NCBI RefSeq assembly: GCF_964213995.1
Contig: NC_135804.1
Coordinates: forward strand, 21,018,001-21,082,000
DNA from: Mustelus asterias
Lineage: Eukaryota
Length of the DNA: 64,000 nucleotides
Direction of reading: 5' to 3'
Positions 1-11,823 of the stretch are shown here, one piece after another (position 1 is the stretch's first letter; every line of letters begins with the position of its first letter). The notes beneath the pieces were generated by a model that was given only the letters and a program-made list of their open reading frames with translations, was not told the origin of the DNA and made no database searches. A program made the position numbers and the translations under genes.

Positions 1-317
1 TTCAGTCAGCATGTGAACCATAACTGAGTTATAAAGTACTTTGATTCAGACTCCAGCTTCTACAGCTGCAACACAGTGAGGGGCACTACATTGGTTCCCC
101 TGTCCCAGACAACTGGTGGGGAGTGGGAGAGAGAGATGAGACAAGCCCGAGAGCCCAGATATTCTCAATAAACCTTGTCCTGTCAGAGGCTATTTCTTCA
201 AGAAATAATTTATTTTAAGAAACTGATAAAACACTTTGCTGAATGGAATTATCAATATCCCACTAAACAAAACACGCAAACTAAAACCAAACCAATCTTT
301 CAGACTTCCCCAAATAC

Positions 318-972
318 CAATATCGTGGGGGTTAACATTGACCAGAAACTGAACTGGACAAGTTGTATAAATACTGTGGCTACAAAAACAGGTCAGAGGC
401 TGGGAATCCTGCAACGTCTAACTTAATTCCTGACTCTCCAAATCCTGTTCACCATCCACAAGGCACAAATCAGGAGTGTGATGGAATACTCCTCACTTGC
501 TTGAATGAGTGCAGCTCCAAAAACATAAGGTGCTCTACACCATCCAGGACAAAGAGGCCACTTGATTGGCATCCCATCCGCCACCTTAAACATTCACTCC
601 CTCCACCACCGACACATGGTGGCAGCAGTATGTACCATCCAAAAGATGGACCGCTGCAATTCACCAAAGGCTCTTTCCACAGTACCTTCCAACCCATGAT
701 CTCCACTGCCTTGAAGGAAAGGCATGGGAACACCAACATCTTCAAGTTCCCCTATAAGTCACACTCCATCCTGACTTGGAACTATATCACTGTGCCTTCA
801 CTGTCTCTGGGTCATAATCCTGGAACTCCCTCACTAACAGCATTTTGGGTGTATCTACACCACATGGACTGCAGCAGTTCAAGCAGGCAACTCACCACCA
901 CCTTCTCAAGGGCAATTAGGTATGAGCAATAAATGATGGCCTAGCCAGAGACACCCACATCCCATGAATGAA
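318..972 (+). mobile_element. CR1/L2-group LINE 3' fragment (family 2)
   Basis: GVNIDQKLNWTSCINTVATKTGQRLGILQR and a 3' end cacatcccatgaatgaat. Related copies at about 21215-22160 (-), 54440-54712 (+), 60760-61330 (-) and 34406-34930 (+). Confidence 0.8.
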
Positions 973-999
973 TGTTAAAACAACAGACAAATCTTGATC

Positions 1000-2590
1000 A
1001 GAAAAGATTCATGGGAATAGTTCCTGGGATGAGGAACTTTACTTATGAAGAGATGTTGGAGACATTGGAAATATTTTCCTTAGAGAAAAGAAGGCGGAGA
1101 GTAGATTTAACAGAGGTATTCAAAATCATGAGGTTCTGGAGAGAGAGTAGATAGGGAGAAACTGTTCCACGTGTGAAAGGATCAATGAGAAGGCACAGGT
1201 TTAAAGTAATTTATAAAAGAAGCAAAAGCCATACAAGGAAAAACTTTTTCACGCAGCGAGCGATTAGGGTCTCAAATGTAATGCCTGAGATTGTGGTGGG
1301 GTTAGGTTCAATTGAAGCATTTAAGGACAATTTTCCAAAAAGAAAAAATGTGCACGGTTAGGGAGAGAAGTCGGAGGACTGGCACTGGATGAGTTTCTCG
1401 TTCTGAGAGCTGGTGCAGACATGATGGGCCAAATGGCCTCCCTCCGTGCTGTTACAATTTTGTGATCCATTACCTGGCTTGATATTTGGTATCTTCACAA
1501 ACAGGTACTTTGTTTTGCCTTTCTCAGCTATAGAGGTGCCCATATTGTAAGTGTTTCCATTCCTATCATAATGTGGATGAGATGTCGCCAGGTTCAGAGG
1601 AAGATATTTTCTGTAGTCAACCTATATAAATAGGCCAAAGGTAAATTAAACCAATCTTCACCTCTGAAGATGCACTGTCATTTACTGTTTTATAACACAC
1701 ACCTCTTCATTATTGTGCACTTGAAACATTGTTTTAGTATAAGTTCAATTGGAGGTTATTAGAACGCATCGAGAAATGAAAAATTAAAGCTATTTATGAA
1801 GATTCTGACAACAAAAATGATGGCACATGGTGCTAAGTACAATCCCATGAAACCAAAGGGACACAGAGACATAAAACTGAGTAGTGGTGAAATTTGCAGC
1901 CTTCCTGAAGGATTCCAATTGTTTTCCTACTTCTGTGCTATACTTCAAGCTTCTAATATGTCTGTACCATATTATAACACCTGTAAAAGTGAAGTATAGG
2001 CTTTTCTTCACAGGGAGGATGAGACATTCCAAGGGATGACTCAGCTCAAGCAGAGTGGATTTGTTCACTGGCAACTGGCTGACTTAACAGCGGCATTAAC
2101 CGCTCAGAGATTCACCAGATTGATTCCGGGGATGAAAGGGTTGATGTAGGAGGAGAGATTAAACAGTTTGGGCTTGAGTTTAGAAGGATGAGAGGGCATC
2201 TGATAGGGTCATATGAAATTTTAAAAGGGATTGATGGAAGTAAATGTAGACCAAATGTTTCCTCTTCTGGGGCAATCTAGAACAAGTGGTCACAGGTATA
2301 GTTAAGAGGCAGTAGATTTAACACTGAGATGAGGAGGAACTACTTCTCACAGAGGGTGGTGAATTTGTGGAACTCACTGCCCCATAGCGCGGTGGAGTCT
2401 GAATCATTGAATGGTTTCAAGAAGGAGATAGATATATTTCTAATAAAATGGATAAAGGGATATGGGGAACAGGTAGGGAGGTGGATTTGAGACCAGGGAG
2501 AGATCAGCCCTGATCTGATTGAATGATGGAGCAGGCTCGAAGGGCTGAATTTGCCTACTTCTGCTCCTAATTCCTATGTTACTATGTGAA
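1000..2590 (+). mobile_element. Two CR1 3'-end fragments (about 1000-1460 and 2105-2590) flanking BCO1 exon 5
   Basis: FSLEKRR..DLTEVFKIM and FFTQR motifs plus CR1-type 3' UTRs. Similar pieces at about 16740-16990, 22520-22920, 24060-24515, 32830-33200 and 39450-40080. Confidence 0.7.
1474..1621 (-). CDS. BCO1: BCO1-like exon 5 (VDYRKYLPLNLATSHPHYDRNGNTYNMGTSIAEKGKTKYLFVKIPNIKP)
   Basis: tatag| acceptor, |gtaat donor, 148 nt; ATSHPHYD carries an iron-ligand His. Later exons were not found in the window. Confidence 0.95.
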
Positions 2591-3257
2591 CAGGATATGG
2601 AAGTGGTCAGCCTAGTGGACAGTGGATGTCTCTGTTTTGACAAAGGGTCATCTGGACTCGAAATGTCAGCTCTTTTCTCCCCTTACAGATGCCGCCAGAC
2701 CTGCTGAGATTTTCCAGCATTTTCTCTTTTGGTTTCAGATTTCAGCATCCGCAGTAATTTGCTTTTAGCCTGGACATCCTCCCTTCCAGACAATAGTGTG
2801 CAATGCCAATGGGGCTAAAAGCTTTAATTCCGGTGGAAGATGAAAATAGAAGCATGCCTGATCAATTGATGCAACAAAAAGACATCTAAAATACTTAATT
2901 GTTGAATATACCTTTGTTAAACATTGGGGACCATTTCTGTGTAAACACAACTGTCCACTGAGCTCTAAACTAGAAACCCAGCAATAGAATCATAGAATCC
3001 CTACAATGCAGGAGGAGGCCATTCAGCCCAATCGAGCCTGCACCCACAACAGTCCCATCCAGGTCCTATCCCCATATTTACCCTGCTAATCTCCCTGACA
3101 TTAAGGGACAATTTAGCATGGCCAATCCATCTAACTTGCACATCTTTGGATTATGGGAGGAAACCGGAGCACCCAGAGGAAACCCACTGGGTTTCGTGCA
3201 AATGCACACAGACAGTCACCCGAGGCTGGGATAGAGTTTCATTTAAATTGATCTCAC

Positions 3258-3405
3258 CTTATCCAATGTCTCAAGTGACCTAGGATCTATCTTTCTGATA
3301 TAGTTGACCTCCGATGAAGCAAAGTAGTCCCCACCATATTTAATTATATTGATCAAACAGTTATCAGTGAAATCGGGAATAACATGTGTGAGATAGGAAA
3401 ATGCC
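3258..3405 (-). CDS. BCO1: BCO1-like exon 4 (AFSYLTHVIPDFTDNCLINIIKYGGDYFASSEVNYIRKIDPRSLETLDK)
   Basis: tacag| acceptor, |gtgaga donor, 148 nt; IPDFTDNCLIN is BCO1-type. Confidence 0.95.
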
Positions 3406-5081
3406 CTGTAAAATAAAAACAGAGGCACGTTACTTGTTTATGTTCAATTCAGTTGTTTTCCATTCTGAGTCAGTATGCAATGGAATAATTGAGAGCTGAC
3501 ATTACAAAAGAAGTGTTTTTGCAATGTTGGTGGAACTCAGGTGGATAAGCTGTTTTGGACCCTAATGGTATGCACTTAGGTTGTTGAAAGAGGTCAAAGG
3601 TGAGACAATAAAGGCTTTGAATATAATTTTAAAATCTACCCTAAGCATGCAATCTTTTTCTATGTGACTGGACAACTGTTTAAGATGGAAGGAGAGGCAG
3701 AATAGGCAACCTTTGTCTGTGATTTTAATGCAAATTGTGGCCAAACCGGATGAACTTAACTGTTCTTTTTGAATAACTTACAGATTGGACAGGTAAAAGG
3801 AGTTCAGTGGATGTAGAGTATTTGAGTCATCAGAAGTCATTCAATAATATTTTTCACTGCAATAATTCAGGTAATATGGCAACATAGATTTGGTGGCAAA
3901 TAAGAAACTAAAATAACAGGACCACTGGGTTTTGCTTGGAAGTGGTGCACCTCAAGGGAAGTATGGGTCATTTTTTATTCTTGGCATAAACAGATAATCG
4001 GGATTGCCAGCAATACAGACTCAAAATTTGCTGATGACACACACGCAGATGATCCAGAAAACAATAAGAGGGCCATAAAAAACTTAAGAATGGAATGGAC
4101 AAGATAAGAGATTAGAAGGTGCAATTTTATATGCAGAGGATAATATATTTTAGAGGAAAGAGAGAACAAAAAAAATGAATGAATGGACATACTTGGTGCA
4201 AAAGCCCTCGAGGCTGTGGCGAGCAGAGATCAAAGGGTTCAAATAGAAAATTTCCTCAAAGTGCCAGTGTCGATAGATTAACCATAAATAGAACCTTGGG
4301 TTTTATAAGTAAGGACAGAGAGTAACAGAGTAATGACAAATTTATATAAGTAACTGGGTTGGGCCACAATTCGAGTGCTGTACATGTGCAGTTGTGGACA
4401 CTCTGTCATACCAAAGGCACTAAAGCCATTGAGGCATTTACCACAAGTTCGTCAGATATATGAGAAACTCCAGTTTCAAGGAGGTACTTGGGATACTAGT
4501 ACCATTTACACTGGAACATAGAATATTCAATATTTAACACAGGTTCTCAAAGATTTAATAATATTTTTAAAAATTATGCAAAGTTTCAATGAAGTGAAGA
4601 GGAAAAGATTATCTTCTCAAATTTGGAGTTAATGATCGAAAATCATCAATTTAAAACCATTGCTAAAGGAGATTAGGTTTTATAAGAAAGGGCAGAGAAT
4701 GGAAGAGTAATGATGAATTCATGTAAATAACTTGCTTGGGCCACAGTTCGAGTGCTGTACGTGTGCAGTTGTAGACATTTTCCCAATACCTTTGCCAGAG
4801 GCCATTTGCAAACATGGAATGCTTGCCACTGGGATTAGTTGAGGTAGAACCTATTGCTTCCTTTAAGAGAAGTAGAGTTAACATTAGAAGCAGAGAAAGA
4901 CATCAGGCCATAGGGGAGAGCGTAGAACAGTAAGATTAGTTTAAGATTGCTTCAGCAAAGAACTGGCATGGCACAATGAGCTGAATGACCTCCTTCTGTG
5001 TTGTACACTGTAATTCTATGATACAGTTTAATTTGATCATTAACATAAGTAGGAAACATCAGTAATTCACTCCATGCTTAC

Positions 5082-5211
5082 TTGGAAAAGATATTCTTGC
5101 AAGGATCTGGGTAAGCCATTGTGCCAAACTCTGACACCACAATCCTATTGGCCTCTATGTTAGTCTTGTAAGTATCACTTTGGAGATACTTACTTCTGTA
5201 GGATACCTCAC
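5082..5211 (-). CDS. BCO1: BCO1-like exon 3 ([42 protein letters not shown])
   Basis: tctag| acceptor, |gtaagc donor, 130 nt; EFGT and PDPCKNIF motifs of the RPE65/BCO family. Confidence 0.95.
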
Positions 5212-5309
5212 CTAGATTTAAGAACATAAAAGCCAGTCATCATTGTGATTAGCAGAAGTGCATTTTCAATTCTCCATTCTAGTCTAGGAAACTTAGAATT
5301 GGAACTTTA

Positions 5310-7644
5310 AGAACAAAGAACAAAGAACAAAGAACAATACAGCACAGGAACAGGCCCTTCGGCCCTCCAAGCCCGCGCCGCTCCCCGGTCCAGGATTGAA
5401 TCCTGAATCCAGGATCCCCGCCCAATTTTCCAGCCTATCTACATACTAATATCCTATCCACCGAGCTGTCCCTCACAGCTACGATGCTTTGTTCATCACA
5501 ACCTATTAACTCACCCCCACCCCCGCCATTCCAGACCATGTGATCTCCAGGGAGAGGCAAAAACCCAGAGTGAAAACCCCAGGGCCAATATGGGGAAAAA
5601 AAAATCTGGGAAATTCCTCTCCGACCCCCTGAGGCGATCGAAACGAGTCCAGGAGATCACACTGGCCCTGATCAGAAAATGCTTCCCAACCCTATTCATT
5701 TCCACTTCTGCTTTACGAACACCATCTGAATTCCCTGCCCCCGAGACAGGTTCCCAACTATCCGCAGTCTCGCTCTGTACTGGCACCAGCAAGATGATCA
5801 TAGAATGAAGCCTTGAAACGAGAAACAAAGAACAATTAGCCCGCGCCGCTCCCTGGTCCAAACTAGACCACTCTTTTGTATCCCTCCATTCCCACTCCGT
5901 TCATATAGCTGTCTAGATAAGTCTTAAACGTTCCCAGTGTGTCCGCCTCCACCACCTTGCCCGGCACCACATTTCAGGCCCCCACGACCCTCTGTGTAAA
6001 ATATGTCCTTCTGATATCTGTGTTACACCTCCCCCCCTTCACCTTGAACCTATGACCCCTCGTGAACGTCACCACCGACCCGGGGAAAAGCTTCCCACCG
6101 TTCACCCTATCTATGCCTTTCATAATTTTATACACCTCTATTAAGTCTCCCCTCATCCTCCGTCTTTCCAAGGAGAACAACCCCAGTTTCCCCAATCTCT
6201 CCTCATAACCAAGCCCCCCCATACCAGGCAACATCCTGGTAAACCTCCTCTGTACTCTCTCCAAAGCCTCCACGTCCTTCTGGTAGTGTGGCGACCAGAA
6301 CTGGACGCAGTATTCCAAATGCGGCCGAACCAACGTTCTATACATCTGCAACATCAGACCCCAACTTTTATACTCTATGCCCCGTCCTATAAAGGCAAGC
6401 ATGCCATATGCCTTCTTCACCACCTTCTCCACCTGTGACGCCACCTTCAAAGATCTGTGGACTTGCACACCCAGGTCCCTCTGCGTCTCTACACCCTTTA
6501 TGGTTCTTCCATTTATCGTGTAGCTCCTCCCTACATTATTCCCACCAAAATGCATCACTTCGCATTTATCAGGATTGAACTCCATCTGCCATTTCTTTGC
6601 CCAAATTTCCAGCCTATCTATATCCTTCTGTAGCCTCTGACAATGTTCCTCACTATCTGCAAGTCCTGCCAGTTTTGTGTCGTCTGCAAACTTACTGATC
6701 ACCCCAGTTACTCCTTCTTCCAGATCATTTATATAAATCACAAACAGCAGAGGTCCCAATACAGAGCCCTGCGGAACACCACTAGTCACAGGCCTCCAGC
6801 CGGAAAAAGACCCTTCCACTACCACCCTCTGTCTTCTATGGCCAAGCCAGTTCTCCACCCATCTAGCCACCTCCCCCTTTATCCTATGAGATCCAACCTT
6901 TTTCACTAGCCTACCAGGAGGGACTTTGTCAAACGCTTTACTAAAGTCCATATAGACAACATCCACGGCCCTTCCTTCGTCAACCATTCTGGTCACTTCT
7001 TCAAAAAACACCACCAGGTTAGTGAGGCATGACCTCCCTCTCACAAAACCATGCTGACTATCGTTAATGAGTTTATTCCTTTCTAAATGCGCATACATCC
7101 TATCTCTAAGAATCTTCTCCAACAACTTCCCCACCATGGACGTCAAGCTCACCGGCCTATAATTACCCGGGTTATCCTTCCTACCCTTCTTAAATAACGG
7201 GACCACATTAGCTATCCTCCAATCCTCTGGGACCTCACCTGCGTCCAGTGACGAGACAAAGATTTGCGTCAGAGGCCCAACGATTTCACCTCTCGTCTCC
7301 CTGAGCAGCCTTGGATAGATTCCATCAGGCCCCGGGGATTTGTCAGTCTTTATATTCTCTAACAAACCTAACACTTCCTCCTTTGTAATGGAGATTTTCC
7401 CCAACGGTTCAACACTCCCCTCCGAGACACTCCCAGTCAACACATCCCTCTCCTTTGTGAATACCGACGCAAAGTATTCATTTAGGATCTCCCCTACTTC
7501 TTTGGGCTCCAAGCATAAGTCCCCACTTTTGTCCCTGAGAGGTCCGATTTTTTCCCTGACAACCCTTTTGTTCCTAACGTATGAATAAAATGCCTTGGGA
7601 TTCTCCTTAATCCTGTCTGCCAAGAACATTTCGTGACCCCTTTG
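5310..7644 (-). mobile_element. Young 5'-truncated CR1-clade LINE in BCO1 intron 2
   Basis: RT ORF 5974-7629 (GVPQGSVLGP, YINDL, KFADD, LVRPHLEYCVQFWSP), a 3' UTR, and a (TTTGTTC)n tail at 5310-5340. Confidence 0.95.
5974..7629 (-). pseudogene. CR1 ORF2 reverse-transcriptase fragment, 551 codons
   Basis: Uninterrupted RT domain, no endonuclease (5' truncation). TGA at 5974-5976 replaces the usual Trp of VVGAWN; the frame continues to TAG at 5863-5865. Confidence 0.9.
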
Positions 7645-8419
7645 TGATGTTCATCCACTTTTTAAAAAAATTAAACAGTTGTAGCTTATGTAATCTATTG
7701 AAATTGCACTACCTCAATTGGTTCTATCAGTAGTCCTACTTCTAATTAGCACATCTAATTCAGGATTGGAAATGACTGGGACTCATTCCAGTACATCTGA
7801 ATGTGGATAAATATATAGAGAATAATAACATGTTCGGAGTTAAAAATGTATTTTTAAAATCTGTATCTGGAACAAATGTCACTGCTTGATTCATCTCAGG
7901 CAGCATTCCAAACTCCAACTAGGTGTCAGTCATTGACATCCCTTTCTTTTGGGTGTTGTGTTGGCACCAGTTGCTGAATTAAGCATCAGAGAGACAATTA
8001 TCTCACTTATATCAGAATAGTTAAGGATAATGTCCCTCGCATGTATGGGACCCAGCACAGAATGTTCAGAGGATGATAGTTACAACATTTCTTCATCTCC
8101 CCAATTTTTCATCCCTCCCATTTTCACCTGAAACAAAAACACTGGCTTCTTTATAACTATATATTTTTTTAAACCTAAAAAAAAATAAGAGTTATGGAAA
8201 AGAACAGGTGAGCAGGACAAATTGGATATCTTTATCAAAGACCCAGCTGTATCGTTGGGAATTCTCTACTCAAGAAGGTTTTGGATGCTCCATCAATGAA
8301 TATATTTAAGTATGGGATAGACAGATTTTTGGTCTCAGGTCTTATGGGGAACAGGCAGGAAAGTGAAACTGAAGCCCAGGATAAGCCATGATCCAACTGA
8401 ATGGCAGAGCAGATCGTAT

Positions 8420-8773
8420 TTTTTTTAATTCATTCGTGGGACATGGGAATCGCTGGCTGGCCAGCATTTATTGCCCACCCCTAGTTGCCCTTGGAGGGCA
8501 GTTGAAAGTCAACCACATTGCTTTGGCTCTGGAGTCACATGTAGGCCAGACCAGGTAAGGATGGCAGATTTCCTTCCCTGAAGGACATTAGTGAACTAGA
8601 TGGGTTTTTCTGACAATCGACAATGGTTTCACAGTCATCAGTAGATTCTTAATTCCAGAAATTTTTTATAGAATTCAAATTCCACCATCTGCCATGGTGG
8701 GATCTGAACCCGGGTCCCCAGGACATTAGTTGAGTTTCTACGTTAATAGTCTAGCGATAACACCACTAGGCCA
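8420..8773 (-). mobile_element. Second tRNA-derived SINE family sharing its tail with LINE family 2
   Basis: Head TGGCCTAGTGGT...GGGTTCAGATCCC (A and B boxes); tail GGGCAATAAATGCTGGCC matches the LINE 3' end. Copies at about 15520-15855 and 49095-49445. Confidence 0.8.
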
Positions 8774-9023
8774 TAATATGGTCTACTCGCACTCCTATTT
8801 CTTGTGTTCTTGGTCTAATAGCAACCAAAAGGGAGGTTTGCTTTTGCATGTACATCACTCTACCATTTCACTTTTTAATTCTAAAGTCCTATACTTTCAT
8901 TTCACTTGTGGCATGAATCAGATCCCTCTTTTCTCATCTGCTGCTACCAGCTAAAAAACAACCGTCAAGACTATCCAAAGAATCAGAGATATTACTCTAC
9001 TGCTGCTTTTGTCATGTTAGATA

Positions 9024-9670
9024 GGGTGGCACGGTGGTTAGCACAGCTGCCTCACAACCGGGTTCTATTCCAGCTGCCTCAGGACCCGAGTTCTATTCCA
9101 GCCTTGGGTGACTGTCTGTGTGGAGTCTGCAAGTTCTCCCAGTGTCTGCGTGTGTTTCCTCTGAGTGCTCTTGTTTCCTCCCACACTCCAAAGACGTGCA
9201 GGTTAGGTGGATTGGACATGTTAAATTGCCCCTTAGTGTCAGGGAGACTAGCAGGGTAAGTATGAGGGGTTAAGGGGATCGGGCCTGGTTGGGATTGTTG
9301 CTAGGGCAGGCTTGATGGGCCGAATGGCCTCATTCTTCACTGAAAATATTTTTTATTTTTGTCACAAGTAGGCTTACATTAACAATGCAATGAAGTTACT
9401 GTGAAAATCCCCTAGTCGCCACACTCTGGCACCTATTTGGGTAGACTGAAGGAGAATTTAGCATGGCCAATACACCCAACTAGCTCGTCTTTCCGACAGT
9501 GGGAGGAAACCAGAGCACCTAGACGAAACCTACACAGACACGAGGAGAACATGCAGACTCCGCACAGACAGTGACCCAAGCTGGGAATCGAACACAGGTC
9601 CCTGGCACTGTGGGGCAGCAGTGCTAACCACTATGCCACCATGCCGCACTGTAAGGATTTTGTGATTCTA
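9024..9670. mobile_element. HE1/V-SINE-type SINE (+) with an opposite-strand SINE nested in its tail
   Basis: tRNA-like head, V-domain core, CR1-type tail split at about 9340 and resuming at about 9647. Confidence 0.85.
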
Positions 9671-10146
9671 CTCTATATAATTCTAGATGAACCAGTCATT
9701 GCTCTCACGACAACAGTGCAGACCTACCTACAGAAAAATGAAGTTCTCTTTAATTATCCAAATAAAACCTGCACCAAAAATCTTTGGAGGCAGTTCTTTA
9801 CTCCAGAGGTTATTACAGTGCACTGTTGCATGAATGGAGAAAGGATGGTTAGTGACAAAATATCCACGAGAAACAAAATTGCATTCCCGAGACTACATCG
9901 AGTTACTGATGTTCAACAGTTTTCAAATCCAAATGAGTGAAATCTCTGTACAGCTGTGCCATGTGACAAACATTCTTCCGCCCGCTCCTTTTCCTTTATT
10001 GAAGACCATCAGTAATTTAGATTTGGCAAACAGATTATATGCCGGATGAGAAATGCACGCCTAATTAAATTGATGGACACGGTGCGGATGTCCATAACTG
10101 TCTTGATATTTCTCATTTTCGCATTCGGAAGCAAGCAGTAACATAC

Positions 10147-10275
10147 CATTTTCAAAAGTGAAACTGTGGAGCAGTGACATCCCGTCAAACCAATGGTTAA
10201 AGACAGTGTCCCCAATCTTGTGCATGCCTGGTCCATTTCGAATGAGTGTCCCGTGTAGCCATTGTGGAATCCGGC
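10147..10275 (-). CDS. BCO1: BCO1-like exon 2 (RIPQWLHGTLIRNGPGMHKIGDTVFNHWFDGMSLLHSFTFENG)
   Basis: aaaag| acceptor, |gtatgt donor, 129 nt; carotenoid-oxygenase RNGPG and HWFDG motifs. Confidence 0.93.
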
Positions 10276-10954
10276 CTTTTTAAAAATAAACACGGGTTAA
10301 AATGTATCTTTATTCACCGCTCATGGTGCAGATTACAATTCAGTGCAAGGTCAGTAATACCTCATGCACTTTAAGAAGTGAAAAGGCAAGCAGGACCTAC
10401 TTGTACCTGAAAATATCAATGTTAAGGTTAAACATTATTTATTAGTCACAAGTAGGCTTACATTCACACTGCAATGAAGTTACTGTGAAATTCCCCTAGT
10501 CGCCTAGTCAATGTCACAGTGCAGTAGAATCATAGAATCCCTATAGTGCAGAAAGAGGCCATTCGGCCCATCGAGCCTCCACTGACAACAATCCACCCAG
10601 GGCCTATCCCCGTAACCTCACGTATTTACCCTGCTAGTCCCCCTGACAAAGTGCAATTTAGCATAGGCACTCAACCTAACCTGCAAATCTAAGCACCTTT
10701 CCAAAGTGGAAACTTCAATTTAAATTTCACAAAAGGCTCTGTTATTTTTTTAAATTTTCATTCCACCCTTAAAGTTACAAAGCCAATGCTCATAATGGAC
10801 TGGGCAAACCCGAATCAATTCCTTCCTTGCTCCAAAAACCAAATTCAAAAATCCAATTGAATCCAATTCAAGGTCCTCACAAGAGAGACAAACAAGATCC
10901 AAAGCTGGCATAAGGCATTGCACCCCATCTTGGGTGTGATGGGGTGCAACACAG

Positions 10955-11482
10955 GTTGGCACAGTGGCACAATGATTAGCACTGTTGCCTCACCGCACCA
11001 GTGACCTGGGTTCAACTCCCGACTTGAACCATTGCATGTGTGGAGTCTGCACGTTCTCCCCATGTCTGCCTGAGGTGTCTTCTCCATGTCTTCTCCGGGT
11101 GCTCCGGTTCCCTCCCATAGTCCAAAAGATATGCTGGTTAGGTGCATTGGCCGTGCCAAATTCTTCGTCAGTGTACCCGACTGAACAGGCGCCAGAGGAC
11201 AGTAACTTCATAAAGAAAAGTTTATTTATTAGTTACAAGTAAGGCTCACGTTAACACTGCAATGAAATCACTGTGAAATCCCCCTAGTCGCCACACTCCG
11301 GCGCCTGTACAGGTTACCACCTAACCAGCACGTCTTTCAGAATGTGGGAGGAAACTGGAGCACCCGGAAGAAACCCATGAAGACACAGGGAGAACATGCA
11401 AACTCCACACAGTGACCCAAGCCGGGAATCGAACCCTGGTTCCCGGCGCTGTGAGGCAGCAGTGCTAACCACTGTGCCACCC
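10955..11482. mobile_element. SINE (+, about 10955-11210) followed by an inverted SINE (-, about 11215-11482)
   Basis: Same head and core, with the second tail type (...cagtaacttcattgcagtgttaatgtaagcctacttgtgac...). Confidence 0.85.
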
Positions 11483-11538
11483 CTAAAATAAATGGAAGAG
11501 CAGGCTCAATGGACCTACTATTTTCGAGAACCAGCAGG

Positions 11539-11611
11539 TGCCAAAACCCAGGTTTGAACCAGGGACCTTTAGATCTTCAGTCTAACGCTCTCCCAACTGA
11601 GCTATTTTGGC
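11539..11611 (-). tRNA. tRNA-Phe(GAA) copy, probably a pseudogene
   Basis: 73-nt GCCAAAATAGCTCAGTTGGGAGAGCGTTAGACTGAAGATCTAAAGGTCCCTGGTTCAAACCTGGGTTTTGGCA. Differs from canonical vertebrate tRNA-Phe mostly at CpGs; no oligo-T terminator downstream. Confidence 0.88.
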
Positions 11612-11823
11612 TTATCAAAATTATAGTTTTAATGTAAGCATACTTGTGACACTAAATACATTTTTAAAAAGTTACAAAGCCAATGCTCAGAATGGATTGG
11701 GTAGACCCAAATGCATTCCTTTCTTACTCCAAAAACCAAGTTCAAAAATCCAGTTGAATCCAATTCAAGGTCCCCCACAAGAGGGACAAGATCCAAGCTG
11801 ACAGAATAAGGCCATCTGACGTT

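Larger units (their letters stand above)
10771..11811 (+). repeat. About 140-bp diverged direct repeats (10771-10915 and 11668-11811)
   Basis: Both read aaagttacaaagccaatgctca...aaaatcca.ttgaatccaattcaaggtcc...aagatcca...taagg. Confidence 0.9.

Noticed and set aside
363-932. 189-aa ORF
   Set aside because: Off-frame reading of a LINE 3' fragment.
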